From assembly GCA_963169225.1 (NCBI GenBank), contig CAUJDH010000045.1, positions 1,338 through 65,337 on the forward strand: 64,000 bases of DNA, written 5' to 3'. A program made the position numbers and the translations under genes. Source of the stretch: Actinomycetota bacterium (lineage in GTDB: Bacteria; Actinomycetota; Actinomycetes; S36-B12; UBA10799). Positions 30,550 to 41,013 of the stretch are shown here, one piece after another. Below the pieces are notes generated by a model. That model had not been told where the DNA came from. It ran no database searches and was given only the letters and a program-made list of their open reading frames with translations. The stretch's first letter is position 1; the number at the start of each line of letters is the position of its first letter.

Positions 30550-32106
30550 CTAATGAGCAAAATGACGCGTACCCGTGAAGTACATCGTCACTCCGGCAGC
30601 TTGGGCAGCCGCCACCACTTCGTCGTCACGCACTGATCCTCCGGGCTGAACGACGTATTTGACGCCAGCATCGAGTAGCACCTGCAAGCCGTCAGCGAAT
30701 GGGAAGAACGCATCCGACGCAGCGACGCTACCGGCCGCACGGTCTGCTCCCGCACGCTCAACTGCGAGCCGTGCCGAGTCAACGCGGTTGACCTGCCCCA
30801 TACCGATTCCGACGGCAGCGCCGTCATGCGCGAGCAGAATCGCATTGCTCTTGACGCCGCGGATCGCCTTCCAGGCAAACTCGAGATCAGCCAAAGTCGA
30901 GGCATCTGCTGGTTCGCCCGTGGCGAGCGTCCAGTTGTCGGGGCTGTCGCCCTCCGCATCGATTTTGTCGGCAAGTTGCACGAGCATGCCACCGCTGATC
31001 AATCGCGCATCGGCTTGAGGTTCCGGCGAGACAGGAGCAGCAATCAGCAGGCGCAAGTTGGCCTTAGCCTGGAGAATTTCCAAGGCGTCGTCGTCGAACG
31101 CCGGCGCAACGATCACCTCCGTGAACACATCGGCAACCTTCTCAGCCATGGCGCGCGTCACGGGGCGATTGGCGGCAATAACACCACCGAAGGCAGAGAC
31201 AGGATCAGTCGCATTCGCTTTGACATAGGCCTCAGCGATGTCGGCGCCGACAGCTACACCGCAAGGGTTGGCATGCTTGATGATCGCGACTGCCGGCTCA
31301 GCAAAGTCGTAGGCTGAGCGCCGGGCTGCGTCACCATCAACGAAGTTGTTATAGGACATTGGTTTTCCGTGCAGCTGTTCAGCTTGGGCCAGTCCAGGGT
31401 TGGCGTTCTGGTCAACATACATCGCGCCATGCTGGTGTGGATTCTCGCCGTAGCGCAGCACCTCAGCGCGCTCCCAAGCTCCCGCGATCCACGGCGGCGG
31501 GTTCTCGCCATCAACACCTGTGAGGTCACCCATCCATGTGGCGACGGCAATGTCGTAGCTCGCCGTATGACGGAATGCTTCGGTCGCTAGGTCACGACGT
31601 TGCTCAAACGAGAAGCCGTCAGCGTTCGCCGCAGCAACAACATCGGCGTAGCGTTCTGGCGAAACCACAACCGCGACTGACGGATGATTCTTGGCAGCGG
31701 CGCGAACCATCGATGGTCCGCCGATGTCGATCTGCTCGACAACTTCTCCCTCGCTGGCACCGCTCGCGACAGTCTCGCGGAACGGGTAAAGGTTGACGAC
31801 AACGAGTTCGAACGGCTCGACCTCGAGATCTTCGAGCTGCTGAAGATGGTCGGCCAGACGAGTGTCGGCGAGGATTCCAGCGTGCACCTTGGGGTGGAGA
31901 GTCTTGACGCGTCCATCCAAGCATTCGGGGAATCCGGTCAGGTCAGACACATTGATCACGGGCACTCCGGCTTCAGCGATCTTGGTCGCCGTCGAGCCAG
32001 TCGACACGATCTCAACCCCTGCCTCATCGAGCCCGCGCGCGAGCTCCTCCAGGCCAGTCTTGTCATAGACCGAGATCAGTGCGCGGCGAATCTTCCTTGT
32101 GCTCAT
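30550..32106 (-). CDS. purH: bifunctional AICAR transformylase/IMP cyclohydrolase
   Basis: [14 protein letters not shown]-terminus and 518-aa full-length similarity. Confidence 0.96.
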   Translation of the reverse strand: MSTRKIRRALISVYDKTGLEELARGLDEAGVEIVSTGSTATKIAEAGVPVINVSDLTGFPECLDGRVKTLHPKVHAGILADTRLADHLQQLEDLEVEPFELVVVNLYPFRETVASGASEGEVVEQIDIGGPSMVRAAAKNHPSVAVVVSPERYADVVAAANADGFSFEQRRDLATEAFRHTASYDIAVATWMGDLTGVDGENPPPWIAGAWERAEVLRYGENPHQHGAMYVDQNANPGLAQAEQLHGKPMSYNNFVDGDAARRSAYDFAEPAVAIIKHANPCGVAVGADIAEAYVKANATDPVSAFGGVIAANRPVTRAMAEKVADVFTEVIVAPAFDDDALEILQAKANLRLLIAAPVSPEPQADARLISGGMLVQLADKIDAEGDSPDNWTLATGEPADASTLADLEFAWKAIRGVKSNAILLAHDGAAVGIGMGQVNRVDSARLAVERAGADRAAGSVAASDAFFPFADGLQVLLDAGVKYVVQPGGSVRDDEVVAAAQAAGVTMYFTGTRHFAH

Positions 32107-32176
32107 GAAACTTGTGAACCTTCCTCGAACTTATTGAAACTTTCCGATTTAACTGAGATCAGCGAGCAAATTGATC

Positions 32177-32785
32177 TTACTGATCTTGGGTGCAGAGCTG
32201 GTTGATGGTGTCGATCAGAAGCTTTCGCTCCACTTGCTTAACACGTTCGTGTAGCGTTTCCGAGTCATCACCTGACTCAACCGACACAGCTACCTGCGCC
32301 AGGATCGGCCCGGTGTCGACTCCCGAATCGACAATGTGCACCGTGCATCCGGTGACCTTGACACCGTGACTGAGGGCATCGTCAATCGCGTGAGCACCGG
32401 GGAACGATGGGAGCAATGATGGATGAGTGTTGATAATCCGATTCGGAAATTTGCGCAGCACCTGTGGCCCGAGAATGCGCATAAACCCGGCGCTGACAAC
32501 CCAATCTGGACGATAGTCGGACAAACGCTCGGCAAGCGCCTGGTCCCATTCGACCCGGCTGGAGCTCTTGAGCGGATTCACCACGAAAGTAGGAATTCCG
32601 GCGCGCTCGGCACGGGCGAGACCTTCGATGTCTGGCTTGTCGGCACCTACAGCGATGATCTTGTAGTCGGTCGCCACCGCACTATCGCGCTCGGCATCGA
32701 TCAAAGACTGGAGGATCGTGCCGGTGCCCGATACGAGCACCACGATTTTGCGTGGAGCTTCGGTGGTGCCAGGTTCAGCGGTCAT
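32177..32785 (-). CDS. purN: phosphoribosylglycinamide formyltransferase
   Basis: VLVSGTGT, INTHPSLLP and the formyltransferase core. Confidence 0.93.
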   Translation of the reverse strand: MTAEPGTTEAPRKIVVLVSGTGTILQSLIDAERDSAVATDYKIIAVGADKPDIEGLARAERAGIPTFVVNPLKSSSRVEWDQALAERLSDYRPDWVVSAGFMRILGPQVLRKFPNRIINTHPSLLPSFPGAHAIDDALSHGVKVTGCTVHIVDSGVDTGPILAQVAVSVESGDDSETLHERVKQVERKLLIDTINQLCTQDQ

Positions 32786-32794
32786 GGATTCTCG

Positions 32795-34147
32795 CTAGCT
32801 CTCGTCTTGTAGATCAACAACTGTATCGGTGAGATCAACCGTGCCTTTGTGGCGGCCGCGAGCAGCAGTGAACCGAACCACTGCGCCACCAAGTAGGAGC
32901 CCAAACAAAGTTAGAATCCCAAGCGCCACGCCTGGAGCCAGGATGCCAGGCCCCAAACCTGCCATACGTTCGGCACCAAGGGAACCGCGTGCGAAGAATG
33001 AGAAGAAAATCATGGTCGCAGCGACGATTCCGCAAATCCACGCAAAGTCAGGGCCTGACCAGGCGAACCTTTCGGAAGGGCCAAGTCCCCGAAGTTTGCG
33101 GGCGTAAAAGGCACCCACGACCCCACCAATGACCGGAATCAGCAAGACGAGCCAGGTATACCAAGCCGCGAAGGTCGGAGTCGCCGCCAGCAATGGGAAC
33201 GCCGGAATTGCACCAACTTCGGCCGAAAACGGAGTGACCATACCGCCACCGCCTACGTTGTAACCAACACCTGAGATGTAGCTCGCTCCCCACACGAGCG
33301 CATTGGGCCAGTACGCAAGAGTGACAATCAGCAGTCCGATCGAACCCATCAATCCGACACCGAGAAGTTCCTGGGCGCCAGTAGCATCACTCCAGTTGAG
33401 GATCAGGCCAAGCGCAATCAGTCCGGCCGAACCGGCGAGGATCACAAGACTCACTATGACGGCAACTCGGATCCGGAACCGAACCGGTTGCGCGATTCGC
33501 GCGACTGCTCGTGGCCACAACCCGGCCTCGTAAAAGGCAGCGCCACCGAACACAACGAAAGCAAAGATCCCACAAATAATGATCGCCAGGATCGGTGAGA
33601 CTGAGGCTGTAGAGGTACCGCTAACGCCTGCCACAAGCATTGCGATCGAAGCATAAACAGCTGTTGCCATAAACACCGTGGATCGAACTTCACGCCAGTA
33701 ACAGGCTCCGCTACGGCGCGCAGCCCAGATGCCTGCACGCCACAACAGGAATCCCGGAATCACCACTAGCCCAAGCGGTAGCAAGGTGATTAGTGTGCCC
33801 GAGTTGGAGATAGGGACCAAGTGCGCGATCAACCAGGTATTGCCCGCCGATTGCAAAGCGCCCATTGCGGAACCTTCGCCCGCGCCGAAAATCCAAATGG
33901 CGATCATGAGCAGGCCGATCGACATGAGGGTGGCGAACGCTCCCCATGCAGCCGCCAGTGCACCAGCAACCGGTGCACTCAAATTCGCGACAGCAGCGTC
34001 TGCTTTACCCCGAGCTACCCGGGTCCAGGCACGGCGACGGCCACCAGTAGGGGTCGATTCATGGGCCTCACGCGACGGTGGACGATCCCCCGCTGCATTT
34101 GCGCGCGCCGAAATTCGGCGTTCTTCTAACGGCCTGTACCCCATCAA
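32795..34147 (-). CDS. PerM-like polytopic membrane protein (DUF6350-type)
   Basis: 450 aa with ≥10 TM helices. It sits immediately upstream of purN, as Rv0955 (perM) does in M. tuberculosis. The assignment rests on synteny and topology. Confidence 0.55.
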   Translation of the reverse strand: MMGYRPLEERRISARANAAGDRPPSREAHESTPTGGRRRAWTRVARGKADAAVANLSAPVAGALAAAWGAFATLMSIGLLMIAIWIFGAGEGSAMGALQSAGNTWLIAHLVPISNSGTLITLLPLGLVVIPGFLLWRAGIWAARRSGACYWREVRSTVFMATAVYASIAMLVAGVSGTSTASVSPILAIIICGIFAFVVFGGAAFYEAGLWPRAVARIAQPVRFRIRVAVIVSLVILAGSAGLIALGLILNWSDATGAQELLGVGLMGSIGLLIVTLAYWPNALVWGASYISGVGYNVGGGGMVTPFSAEVGAIPAFPLLAATPTFAAWYTWLVLLIPVIGGVVGAFYARKLRGLGPSERFAWSGPDFAWICGIVAATMIFFSFFARGSLGAERMAGLGPGILAPGVALGILTLFGLLLGGAVVRFTAARGRHKGTVDLTDTVVDLQDES

Positions 34148-34254
34148 ACTATCTTCACACGATTACCGCGGTCGCACGACCAATTTTCGCGAAGTGTCCC
34201 TTGATTCCAGCGAGAACTAGCATCAAATAGCGGTACCTAACATCAGTTGGCCAC

Positions 34255-35789
34255 TTAGCTGACTACCGGCGCTTCACCCGGTAAGTCTTGACAACCTTCA
34301 ATGGAAGGTATTTTACCTTTCACAACCGCACCACACTTGGTCTTCACCTTGCTGACCTTCGCTGTCACTGCCAGGCCTTGACGGGTCTTAGCGTTTTGCT
34401 TATTGACCACAGTCACACCCCTTGCCTTGACTTTCTTAGGCATAGCACCAGCACGAAGTTGCTGCTTCTGCTTCACTACCGGCTTCGGCCCAGGTTTCGG
34501 GGCAGCCTTTGTCGTGAAGCTCTCCACCTCGCTTACGTCCACTTCATCATCGTCATCAAGACCCACAAACACATACTCGTACTTCGTGTTCGCAGCGAGA
34601 CCAGTCATCCCACAACTCACCGGCTCTTCACTAGAAGGACTGTCCACTCGCCCTGGGGTAGCATCCACCTGCTGGAAATCATTCTCACCCTCACGCGCAT
34701 ATAAGCATTTGATGTCCCTTAGTGAACTACCCATCGTGGATACCGTCCCATTACCTTTAGCCGTGGACTGCTCCACATTGCTAGCGGGTGCCACATCCAC
34801 CATCGGCGGCAAGATCGGAGTCGGCGGAGCCAATGTGGTGAACTCCACTGGCGTACCAGAATCAACTAACCCACCCTCATCAGTGCCAATGAACGTGACG
34901 TAGTAATCCGTCGCCAGAGTCAGTCCCGCCATATCGCAAGAAACCTCACTAAAATTAGTGGCCTCCACGCTGGCAGGTGTAGCGTCATAACGCGTAGGAG
35001 AAGACATATCGGACGACTCGCTAACCAAACACTCAATATCTTCTAGATCACTAGCCCCTGCACGAGCTAAGCCATGGGCTGTCGCAGAATAACGTGACAC
35101 ATCCGTCACCGGGCCAGCAGTGATCTGAGCCGGTGGAATCGTTTTCAGCGTTTTGAACGACATCACCTGACCAGAATCCTCTTCCCCACCACCATAAATG
35201 CCAGAGAACTTGTAAAAATACGTCGTGTCATCAGCCAACGTTCAGACACTCCACCGTCAGTAATCACCGGTCTAGTGGCGTGAACATCGAACACCAACTC
35301 CTGCTCCGAAACCGCGCCACGCGGATCGGTCACCCTGAATGTCACTGGCACGGGGCCAGCAGACTGATCAGTAGGCATTCCAGAAATCAAACCTGTGGAT
35401 GCCTTCAATGACAAACCAGCAGGTAGCTTGCCCGACGCAATCGACCAAACCACTTCGTCAATATCTGCAACGAGCTGCTGACTATAAGCCAGCCCCACCA
35501 CAACATCAGCCACTGATTTAGTACGAATTTCACGCCAGTCAAGTGGAACTAATGCCGTGGGGAAAGAACCCGGCCCATCGGTCTCATTGGTTGCCTGCGG
35601 GTACACATAAGAGTTATCGCTTCCACCACCGCCGCCACCGGGTGTATCAAACGAACCAACGCCATGATCGCCGCGGCTACCGCCTCGATAGCCGCCACCA
35701 ACCAGCCCAGCAGTCACCAACTACGCAGAAGCGACTAAGGCAACAGGTTGCTGCACTAATTTTGACCCAAACAAACGGAACGTCTTCAT
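34255..35789 (-). pseudogene. secreted glycine-rich / Ig- and FN3-like repeat surface protein, disrupted by an in-frame TAG and a frameshift
   Basis: GAGGAG-N8-ATG at 35789 and a signal-like MKTFRLFGSKLVQQPVALVASA, followed by TAG at 35721-35723. The frame then continues (listed ORF 35163..35720) and switches frame near 35240 into listed ORF 34255..35238. Confidence 0.65.
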
Positions 35790-35965
35790 CAACGCGTCTC
35801 CTCGAGACAGCTAGCTCTCAGATAGCCACCGAGAGCAGGCCAAACAACAGTGAATTCAAGGAGACATTACGTTCGTGAGAACGGCGCTGTCTTTCCGAAC
35901 AGGGCTCATTCAATGCGCAATCGATTGCGCATCACTCGATCAGAGTACGGAGCACATTGAGACGA

Positions 35966-36853
35966 CTACAGGCTATTAATTACCTCACGCATAAGAGCCG
36001 CGGTTTCGCTTGGTGTCTTGCCAACTTTGACGCCGACAGCTTCGAGTGCTTCCTTCTTGGCCTGCGCCGTTCCTGAGGATCCAGAGACGATGGCACCTGC
36101 GTGACCCATGGTCTTACCCTCGGGAGCAGTGAAACCGGCAACATAGCCGACAACCGGCTTGGTGATGTTTTCGCCAATATAAGCAGCAGCACGCTCTTCA
36201 GCATCGCCACCGATCTCACCGATCATGACGATGGCATCGGTGTCGGGGTCATCCTGGAACGCCTGGAGGCAATCGATGTGGGTGGTGCCAATGATCGGGT
36301 CGCCACCGATACCAACAGCGGTGGTGAATCCGATATCGCGCAACTCGAACATCATCTGGTAGGTCAGGGTGCCCGACTTCGAGACGAGACCAATTCGACC
36401 TGGACCAGAGATGCTGGCCGGGATGATGCCAACGTTGGACTGTCCTGGGCTAATCAAACCCGGGCAGTTCGGGCCAATGATGCGCGTGGTGCCAGAGCGC
36501 TCGGCGTAGGTGAAGAACTCGGCGGTGTCGTGGACGGGAACACCCTCGGTGATCACAACAGCCAGCGGCACTCCCGCATCTACGGCCTCGATCACAGCAC
36601 CCTTAGTAAATGCCGGGGGCACGAAGATGACCGACACATTTGCTTGGGTTGCCTCGACTGCCTCGGACACTGAGTTGAACACCGGGATCGAGGTGCCGTT
36701 CTCGGCCTCAACGGTCTGACCGCCCTTACCTGGGGTCACACCGGCGACGATATTAGTGCCCGATTCGAGCATACGGTTGGTGTGCTTAGTGCCTTCGGAA
36801 CCAGTGATGCCCTGGACCAAGACGCGCGAATCATTGTTGATGTAGATTGCCAT
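35966..36853 (-). CDS. sucD: succinate--CoA ligase subunit alpha
   Basis: Full-length match, including the phospho-His motif MGHAGAI. Confidence 0.96.
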   Translation of the reverse strand: MAIYINNDSRVLVQGITGSEGTKHTNRMLESGTNIVAGVTPGKGGQTVEAENGTSIPVFNSVSEAVEATQANVSVIFVPPAFTKGAVIEAVDAGVPLAVVITEGVPVHDTAEFFTYAERSGTTRIIGPNCPGLISPGQSNVGIIPASISGPGRIGLVSKSGTLTYQMMFELRDIGFTTAVGIGGDPIIGTTHIDCLQAFQDDPDTDAIVMIGEIGGDAEERAAAYIGENITKPVVGYVAGFTAPEGKTMGHAGAIVSGSSGTAQAKKEALEAVGVKVGKTPSETAALMREVINSL

Positions 36854-36885
36854 TTTTTTCGTCTCCTGTTGTAGGTCTGGGCCGG

Positions 36886-38058
36886 TTAGGCGTTCGCTAG
36901 TTCGGCAGCGCGGTCAGCGGCGCCATCCATAGTGTCGACAAGTTCAACGATCTCGAGGCCAGCCTCTTTAAGGATTGCGCGGCCTTCGGCAGCGTTGTTT
37001 CCGTCAAGGCGAACAACGAGCGGCTTGGTAACAGGGGTACCAGAATCGGCGAGCAGATTGAGCGCCTGGACGATTCCGTTAGCGACAGCGTCACACGCAG
37101 TGATTCCGCCGAATACGTTGACGAACACGGACTTGACCTGTTCGTCGCCGAGGATCACATCAAGACCATCTGCCATGACTTGCGCCGATGCTCCGCCACC
37201 AATGTCGAGGAAGTTAGCGGGCTTGACGTCGCCATGCTTCTCTCCTGCGTAGGCAACAACGTCAAGCGTGCTCATAACAAGACCGGCACCGTTTCCGATG
37301 ATTCCGACCGAGCCATCAAGTTTGACGTAGTTGAGACCCTTCTCCTTGGCCTTGAGCTCAAGTGGGTCTTCCGCTTCAATGTCGACCAGTGCTTCATGAT
37401 CCTTATGACGGAAGCTGGCGTTGTCATCCAACGTGACCTTGCCATCCAGGGCGAGGATATTGCCTGCTGGATCTTTGACGAGCGGGTTGACCTCAACGAG
37501 AGTGGCATCTTCGTTGACGAAGGTTTGCCACAGTGTGACGAGCACATCGGCAACCTTGTCGGCTACGTCAGCGGGGAAGTTGGCTGCCGCCACGATCTCC
37601 TGCGCCTTGGCAAGATCCACACCGTCGATCGGGTCGATAGCAACCTTGGCGAGTGCCTCGGGCTTGGTAGCGGCGACCTCTTCGATGTCCATACCGCCCT
37701 CGACGCTGGCCATGGCCAGGAAGTTGCGGTTGGAGCGGTCGAGTAGGAACGAGACGTAGTACTCCTCTTCGATGTCGCTCGCTTCGGTGATCAAAATCTT
37801 CTTGACTGTGTGACCTTTAATGTCGAGGCCGAGAATGTTCTGGGCGTGCTCGACAGCTTCTTCCGGAGTCTTGGCTAGTTTGACGCCACCTGCCTTACCG
37901 CGACCGCCAACTTTGACTTGAGCCTTGACGACAACCATGTTGTCGATATCGCTGGCTGCACCGTGGGCATCATCGTGGTGATGAACGACGGTTCCACTTT
38001 GGGTGGGGACTCCATGCTTGGCGAAGAGATCCTTCGCCTGGTACTCGTAAAGATCCAC
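36886..38058 (-). CDS. sucC: ADP-forming succinate--CoA ligase subunit beta
   Basis: [13 protein letters not shown]-terminus and an ATP-grasp domain. Confidence 0.96.
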   Translation of the reverse strand: MDLYEYQAKDLFAKHGVPTQSGTVVHHHDDAHGAASDIDNMVVVKAQVKVGGRGKAGGVKLAKTPEEAVEHAQNILGLDIKGHTVKKILITEASDIEEEYYVSFLLDRSNRNFLAMASVEGGMDIEEVAATKPEALAKVAIDPIDGVDLAKAQEIVAAANFPADVADKVADVLVTLWQTFVNEDATLVEVNPLVKDPAGNILALDGKVTLDDNASFRHKDHEALVDIEAEDPLELKAKEKGLNYVKLDGSVGIIGNGAGLVMSTLDVVAYAGEKHGDVKPANFLDIGGGASAQVMADGLDVILGDEQVKSVFVNVFGGITACDAVANGIVQALNLLADSGTPVTKPLVVRLDGNNAAEGRAILKEAGLEIVELVDTMDGAADRAAELANA

Positions 38059-38164
38059 TAGCTTCGCTCCGTTAGGTCGTCAATGCGTTAACTAAAGGTG
38101 GGCAATTGCCCGAACGCCAAAATTGTACGCGCTTAGTTTTCAGACGTGCACACTCGGTTAGGTC

Positions 38165-38188
38165 GAAAGTTACCGGTCGGTAACTTTC
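38165..38188 (-). terminator. 10-bp perfect hairpin (GAAAGTTACC-GGTC-GGTAACTTTC)
   Basis: Lies 21 nt downstream of the stop of the B12-binding gene. No U-tract. Confidence 0.45.
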
Positions 38189-38209
38189 TGCTCAACTAAA
38201 CAGACACTT

Positions 38210-38632
38210 CTAGATCGGCTGAAGCGTACGGGCGTATTCCACAACTTCCGTGGTGCTGGCTCCCGGGGTGAACACTTGATTGACACCCAACTGCCTAAGC
38301 GGCTCGATATCTTCGTCGGGGATGATTCCGCCACCGAACACAACGATGTCACTGGCGTCTTGTTCGCCTAGCTGCGAAATAACCGCTTCGAATAAGGTCA
38401 TATGGGCGCCGGACAGGATCGACATCCCGATCGCGTCCACATCTTCTTGGATCGCAGCCTCAACGATCATCTCGGGAGTCTGGTGTAAGCCGGTGTAGAC
38501 AACCTCGAAGCCGGCATCGCGCAGAGTGCGGGCGATGATTTTGGCGCCTCGATCGTGGCCGTCAAGCCCAGCTTTGGCAATCAAAATTCGGACCGGTGCA
38601 TTTGCCGACACAGAATTCTCCCTAATTCTCAT
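38210..38632 (-). CDS. cobalamin-binding small subunit of an acyl-CoA mutase (IcmB / MCM C-terminal domain-like)
   Basis: DGHDRG (DxHxxG) B12 ligand motif and SILSGAH...GGGIIP. 140 aa. Confidence 0.82.
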   Translation of the reverse strand: MRIRENSVSANAPVRILIAKAGLDGHDRGAKIIARTLRDAGFEVVYTGLHQTPEMIVEAAIQEDVDAIGMSILSGAHMTLFEAVISQLGEQDASDIVVFGGGIIPDEDIEPLRQLGVNQVFTPGASTTEVVEYARTLQPI

Positions 38633-38858
38633 TGGACATAAGCGGGTCGTTCTTGGTTACCTCCATTCTAGGTCACGCGGCCACTTCACTCCGATATGTC
38701 CGCGCGACGTCCATCCAATGTGGCCACGTATCAGACCGAATTCGGCCTGGTCTACGGCGAAAATCGTCGGTTTCGACAAATCGCTGAACGAGTGACATTG
38801 ACGCCAAATTGGGGGGATTTGGTGTCCAGCACATGAATAAGGGGGTAAATTTCTCCTT

Positions 38859-39902
38859 ATGGCTAAATCGAACTCGAGAGCAGCCGGTCGCGCAGAAGCC
38901 GACCAGGCCAGCAAGGATTCGATGGGCGCGGTCGACAAAGTCAAGGACTACGCCTCACGGACGCGAAACAGCAGCCGTCGTATGCGCAAAGCACTTTTCA
39001 GCCGCTCGGGGCTCAAAGGAACCGCTGTTGAAGTTGCTTGGCTCGCCACTCACGTCGCTATCTATCCGCTGGGTTTGGTCGAAGAACGCGCCCGGGAAGA
39101 AGTTGAGCGCCACAATCTGGACGGACTCGATCCGGTCAAGCGCGGACTGATCGTGGGCGACGTCGAAGCTGCTGGAACGCCAATCATCATGGTGCACGGC
39201 ATCATCGACAACCACTCGATCTTCACGGTGCTACGTCGTGGTCTGGCCAAGCGCGGATTCGGTCGCATGATCACGCTCAACTACTCGCCGCTCACCGACG
39301 ATGTCCGCCGCGTTGCCCGCCGCCTCAAAAACGTCGTTGACACAGTGTGCCGCGAGACCGGCTACGACCGAGTGCACATCATCGGGCACTCAATGGGCGG
39401 CGTCGTATCGCGTTATTACATCCAGCATCTGGGTGGAGACAGCCGCGTTCACACTCTCGTGACTTTGGGCAGTCCTCACCACGGCACTATCTGGGCGAAG
39501 GCCGTTCCTGAGTCAGTGTCGATCACCAGCCAGATGCGACCAAACAGTGACTTGGTCCAGGAACTTGAGCAACCGGCTCCCGGCTGTCGCACCCGCATGA
39601 TCGCCATTTGGTCTGACCTCGACCAGATCATCGTTCCGCAGCGCAATGCTCGGATCGTTCATCCAGACATCAATGCGCGCAATGTGTTCATCAAAGGCGT
39701 GGGTCATATGTCGCTACCAGTCGATGGTCGAGTGGTGCATCAAATCTGTACGACGCTGGCCCACCTCGATACCGATGGTTCGACCTTGGCTGACGGTGCG
39801 ACGGACATTTCGTCTAAGAACGGTCGGCAAGAAACAAGCCGATCGCGAAGCAGGGCGGCCGCATCAGCTGCGAACCACCCTGCCGGCGCTGGCACTGCTT
39901 AA
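38859..39902 (+). CDS. alpha/beta hydrolase (lipase/esterase-like)
   Basis: GHSMGG nucleophile elbow, with a basic, disordered N-terminus and C-terminus. Confidence 0.7.
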   Translation: MAKSNSRAAGRAEADQASKDSMGAVDKVKDYASRTRNSSRRMRKALFSRSGLKGTAVEVAWLATHVAIYPLGLVEERAREEVERHNLDGLDPVKRGLIVGDVEAAGTPIIMVHGIIDNHSIFTVLRRGLAKRGFGRMITLNYSPLTDDVRRVARRLKNVVDTVCRETGYDRVHIIGHSMGGVVSRYYIQHLGGDSRVHTLVTLGSPHHGTIWAKAVPESVSITSQMRPNSDLVQELEQPAPGCRTRMIAIWSDLDQIIVPQRNARIVHPDINARNVFIKGVGHMSLPVDGRVVHQICTTLAHLDTDGSTLADGATDISSKNGRQETSRSRSRAAASAANHPAGAGTA

Positions 39903-39933
39903 TCAGTAGCTAGCAGCGCAAACCCATATTGCT

Positions 39934-40695
39934 TTAGCCGCGCTTGACGCCTTGCGGAAGCTTTTTGTTCTTCCAGATGTAGCTGGCTGGGTTCACGTGC
40001 TTGTCAGTGTCCTTGCCTTTAGCACCCTTGCGAACCTCAAAGTGGAGGTGCGGACCGCTAGTGTTACCAGTCATTCCGACGGCACCGATCTTTTGACCAG
40101 CCTTGACGGTGTCACCCTTTTTGACCTTGGTTGAACCCAAGTGGGCGTACCAAGTCGTAATGCCGCCCTTATGCGCGATCTTGACCAAGTTGCCGTAGGC
40201 ACCCTCATACTCACTCGAGATGACCTTGCCGTCGGCAGCGGCAAGAACCGCACTACCTTCTGGAGCCGTGAAGTCAAGACCAGTGTGGTGCCCGCTGGAC
40301 CATCCGCCGGCTTGGCCGTAGATGGCCGAAATACCAAACTTCTTGACTGGTGCAGACCAGCCAGCATTGACCGTACTGACGTTCTTACGTTTAGTTTTGG
40401 CGACCTTGCCCTTGTCATCTACTAGAGCAACATCGTTATTGTTCACATCGATTCCAAAACGACCCTTGAGGAGGTCCTCTTCAGCCTTGAGACGAAGCTC
40501 GGAAGCTGCAGAAGATTCCGGAGCGACTAGGGTCGACTCTTCACCTGGCTTTGCGGGAGTAGCACCGGCGGCAGGGGTCGAAAAACCAGTACCGACGAAC
40601 GCTGCAACAACACTGAGGGCGGCGACCTTCTTAATGTCCAAAGTGTGGTGTTTGGAGGCACCAGAGTTGAGTGCGGGTTGACTGTTGGTACGCAT
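39934..40695 (-). CDS. M23-family peptidoglycan metalloendopeptidase
   Basis: HTGLDF and GNTSGPHLHFEV zinc motifs. I chose the start at ATG 40695 (GAAGGAAG 10 nt upstream, followed by a signal peptide). The listed ORF runs to 40791. Confidence 0.82.
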   Translation of the reverse strand: MRTNSQPALNSGASKHHTLDIKKVAALSVVAAFVGTGFSTPAAGATPAKPGEESTLVAPESSAASELRLKAEEDLLKGRFGIDVNNNDVALVDDKGKVAKTKRKNVSTVNAGWSAPVKKFGISAIYGQAGGWSSGHHTGLDFTAPEGSAVLAAADGKVISSEYEGAYGNLVKIAHKGGITTWYAHLGSTKVKKGDTVKAGQKIGAVGMTGNTSGPHLHFEVRKGAKGKDTDKHVNPASYIWKNKKLPQGVKRG

Positions 40696-40960
40696 GAATG
40701 AATCGCTTCCTTCGATAAATCGCGACATGTTCCAGTCTTGGAGTGGGTTTTTTGTGACTGTCCGCTCCGCTTTGGCGGTCAGCTTTGACACTTAAGTCAT
40801 GCCCGTGATCAACTTCTTGAAACGAACGAGAGCAGCTAAAAGCGGACAATTCGGACTTTTAGCGTGTGAGTTGAATTAAGTCCCGCATACAAGATCAACT
40901 CAGAGTGAAATTCGGTACGAATTCTTGCAGAGCGTAGCGGTGACGTGAGTCACTATGGCC
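40696..40960 (-). ncRNA. long 5' leader of the M23 peptidase gene; weak candidate for a c-di-AMP (ydaO-type) riboswitch
   Basis: Minus-strand RNA carries two CCGAAU boxes (complement of 40849-40854 and 40910-40915). It also has ...GUCCGAAUUGUCCGCUUUUAGCUGCUCUCGUUCG, partly resembling the ydaO 3' consensus CCCGAAUCCG.CAGCUAACCUCGUAAGCG. The GGGGA.CCA and GGGGUGAAUC boxes were not found. Confidence 0.2.
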
Positions 40961-41013
40961 TTGGCTTCGCCGGATGGTTTGGCCTAGTGATGCGGCCGGA
41001 TTGAAGGAGCGCT

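Noticed and set aside
35721-35723. In-frame TAG here and at 57616-57618 as evidence for TAG reassignment or pyrrolysine-type recoding.
   Set aside because: TAG ends the purE, aldehyde dehydrogenase, response regulator and alpha/beta hydrolase (62095) genes in this window, at C-termini that looked natural to me. There is no shared downstream sequence context and no pyl-type genes are visible. Nonsense mutations are the simpler reading.
38633-38858. Possible cobalamin riboswitch upstream of the B12-binding subunit gene.
   Set aside because: I found no B12-box-like sequence or the expected conserved stems on the minus strand. The region reads as an ordinary divergent promoter.
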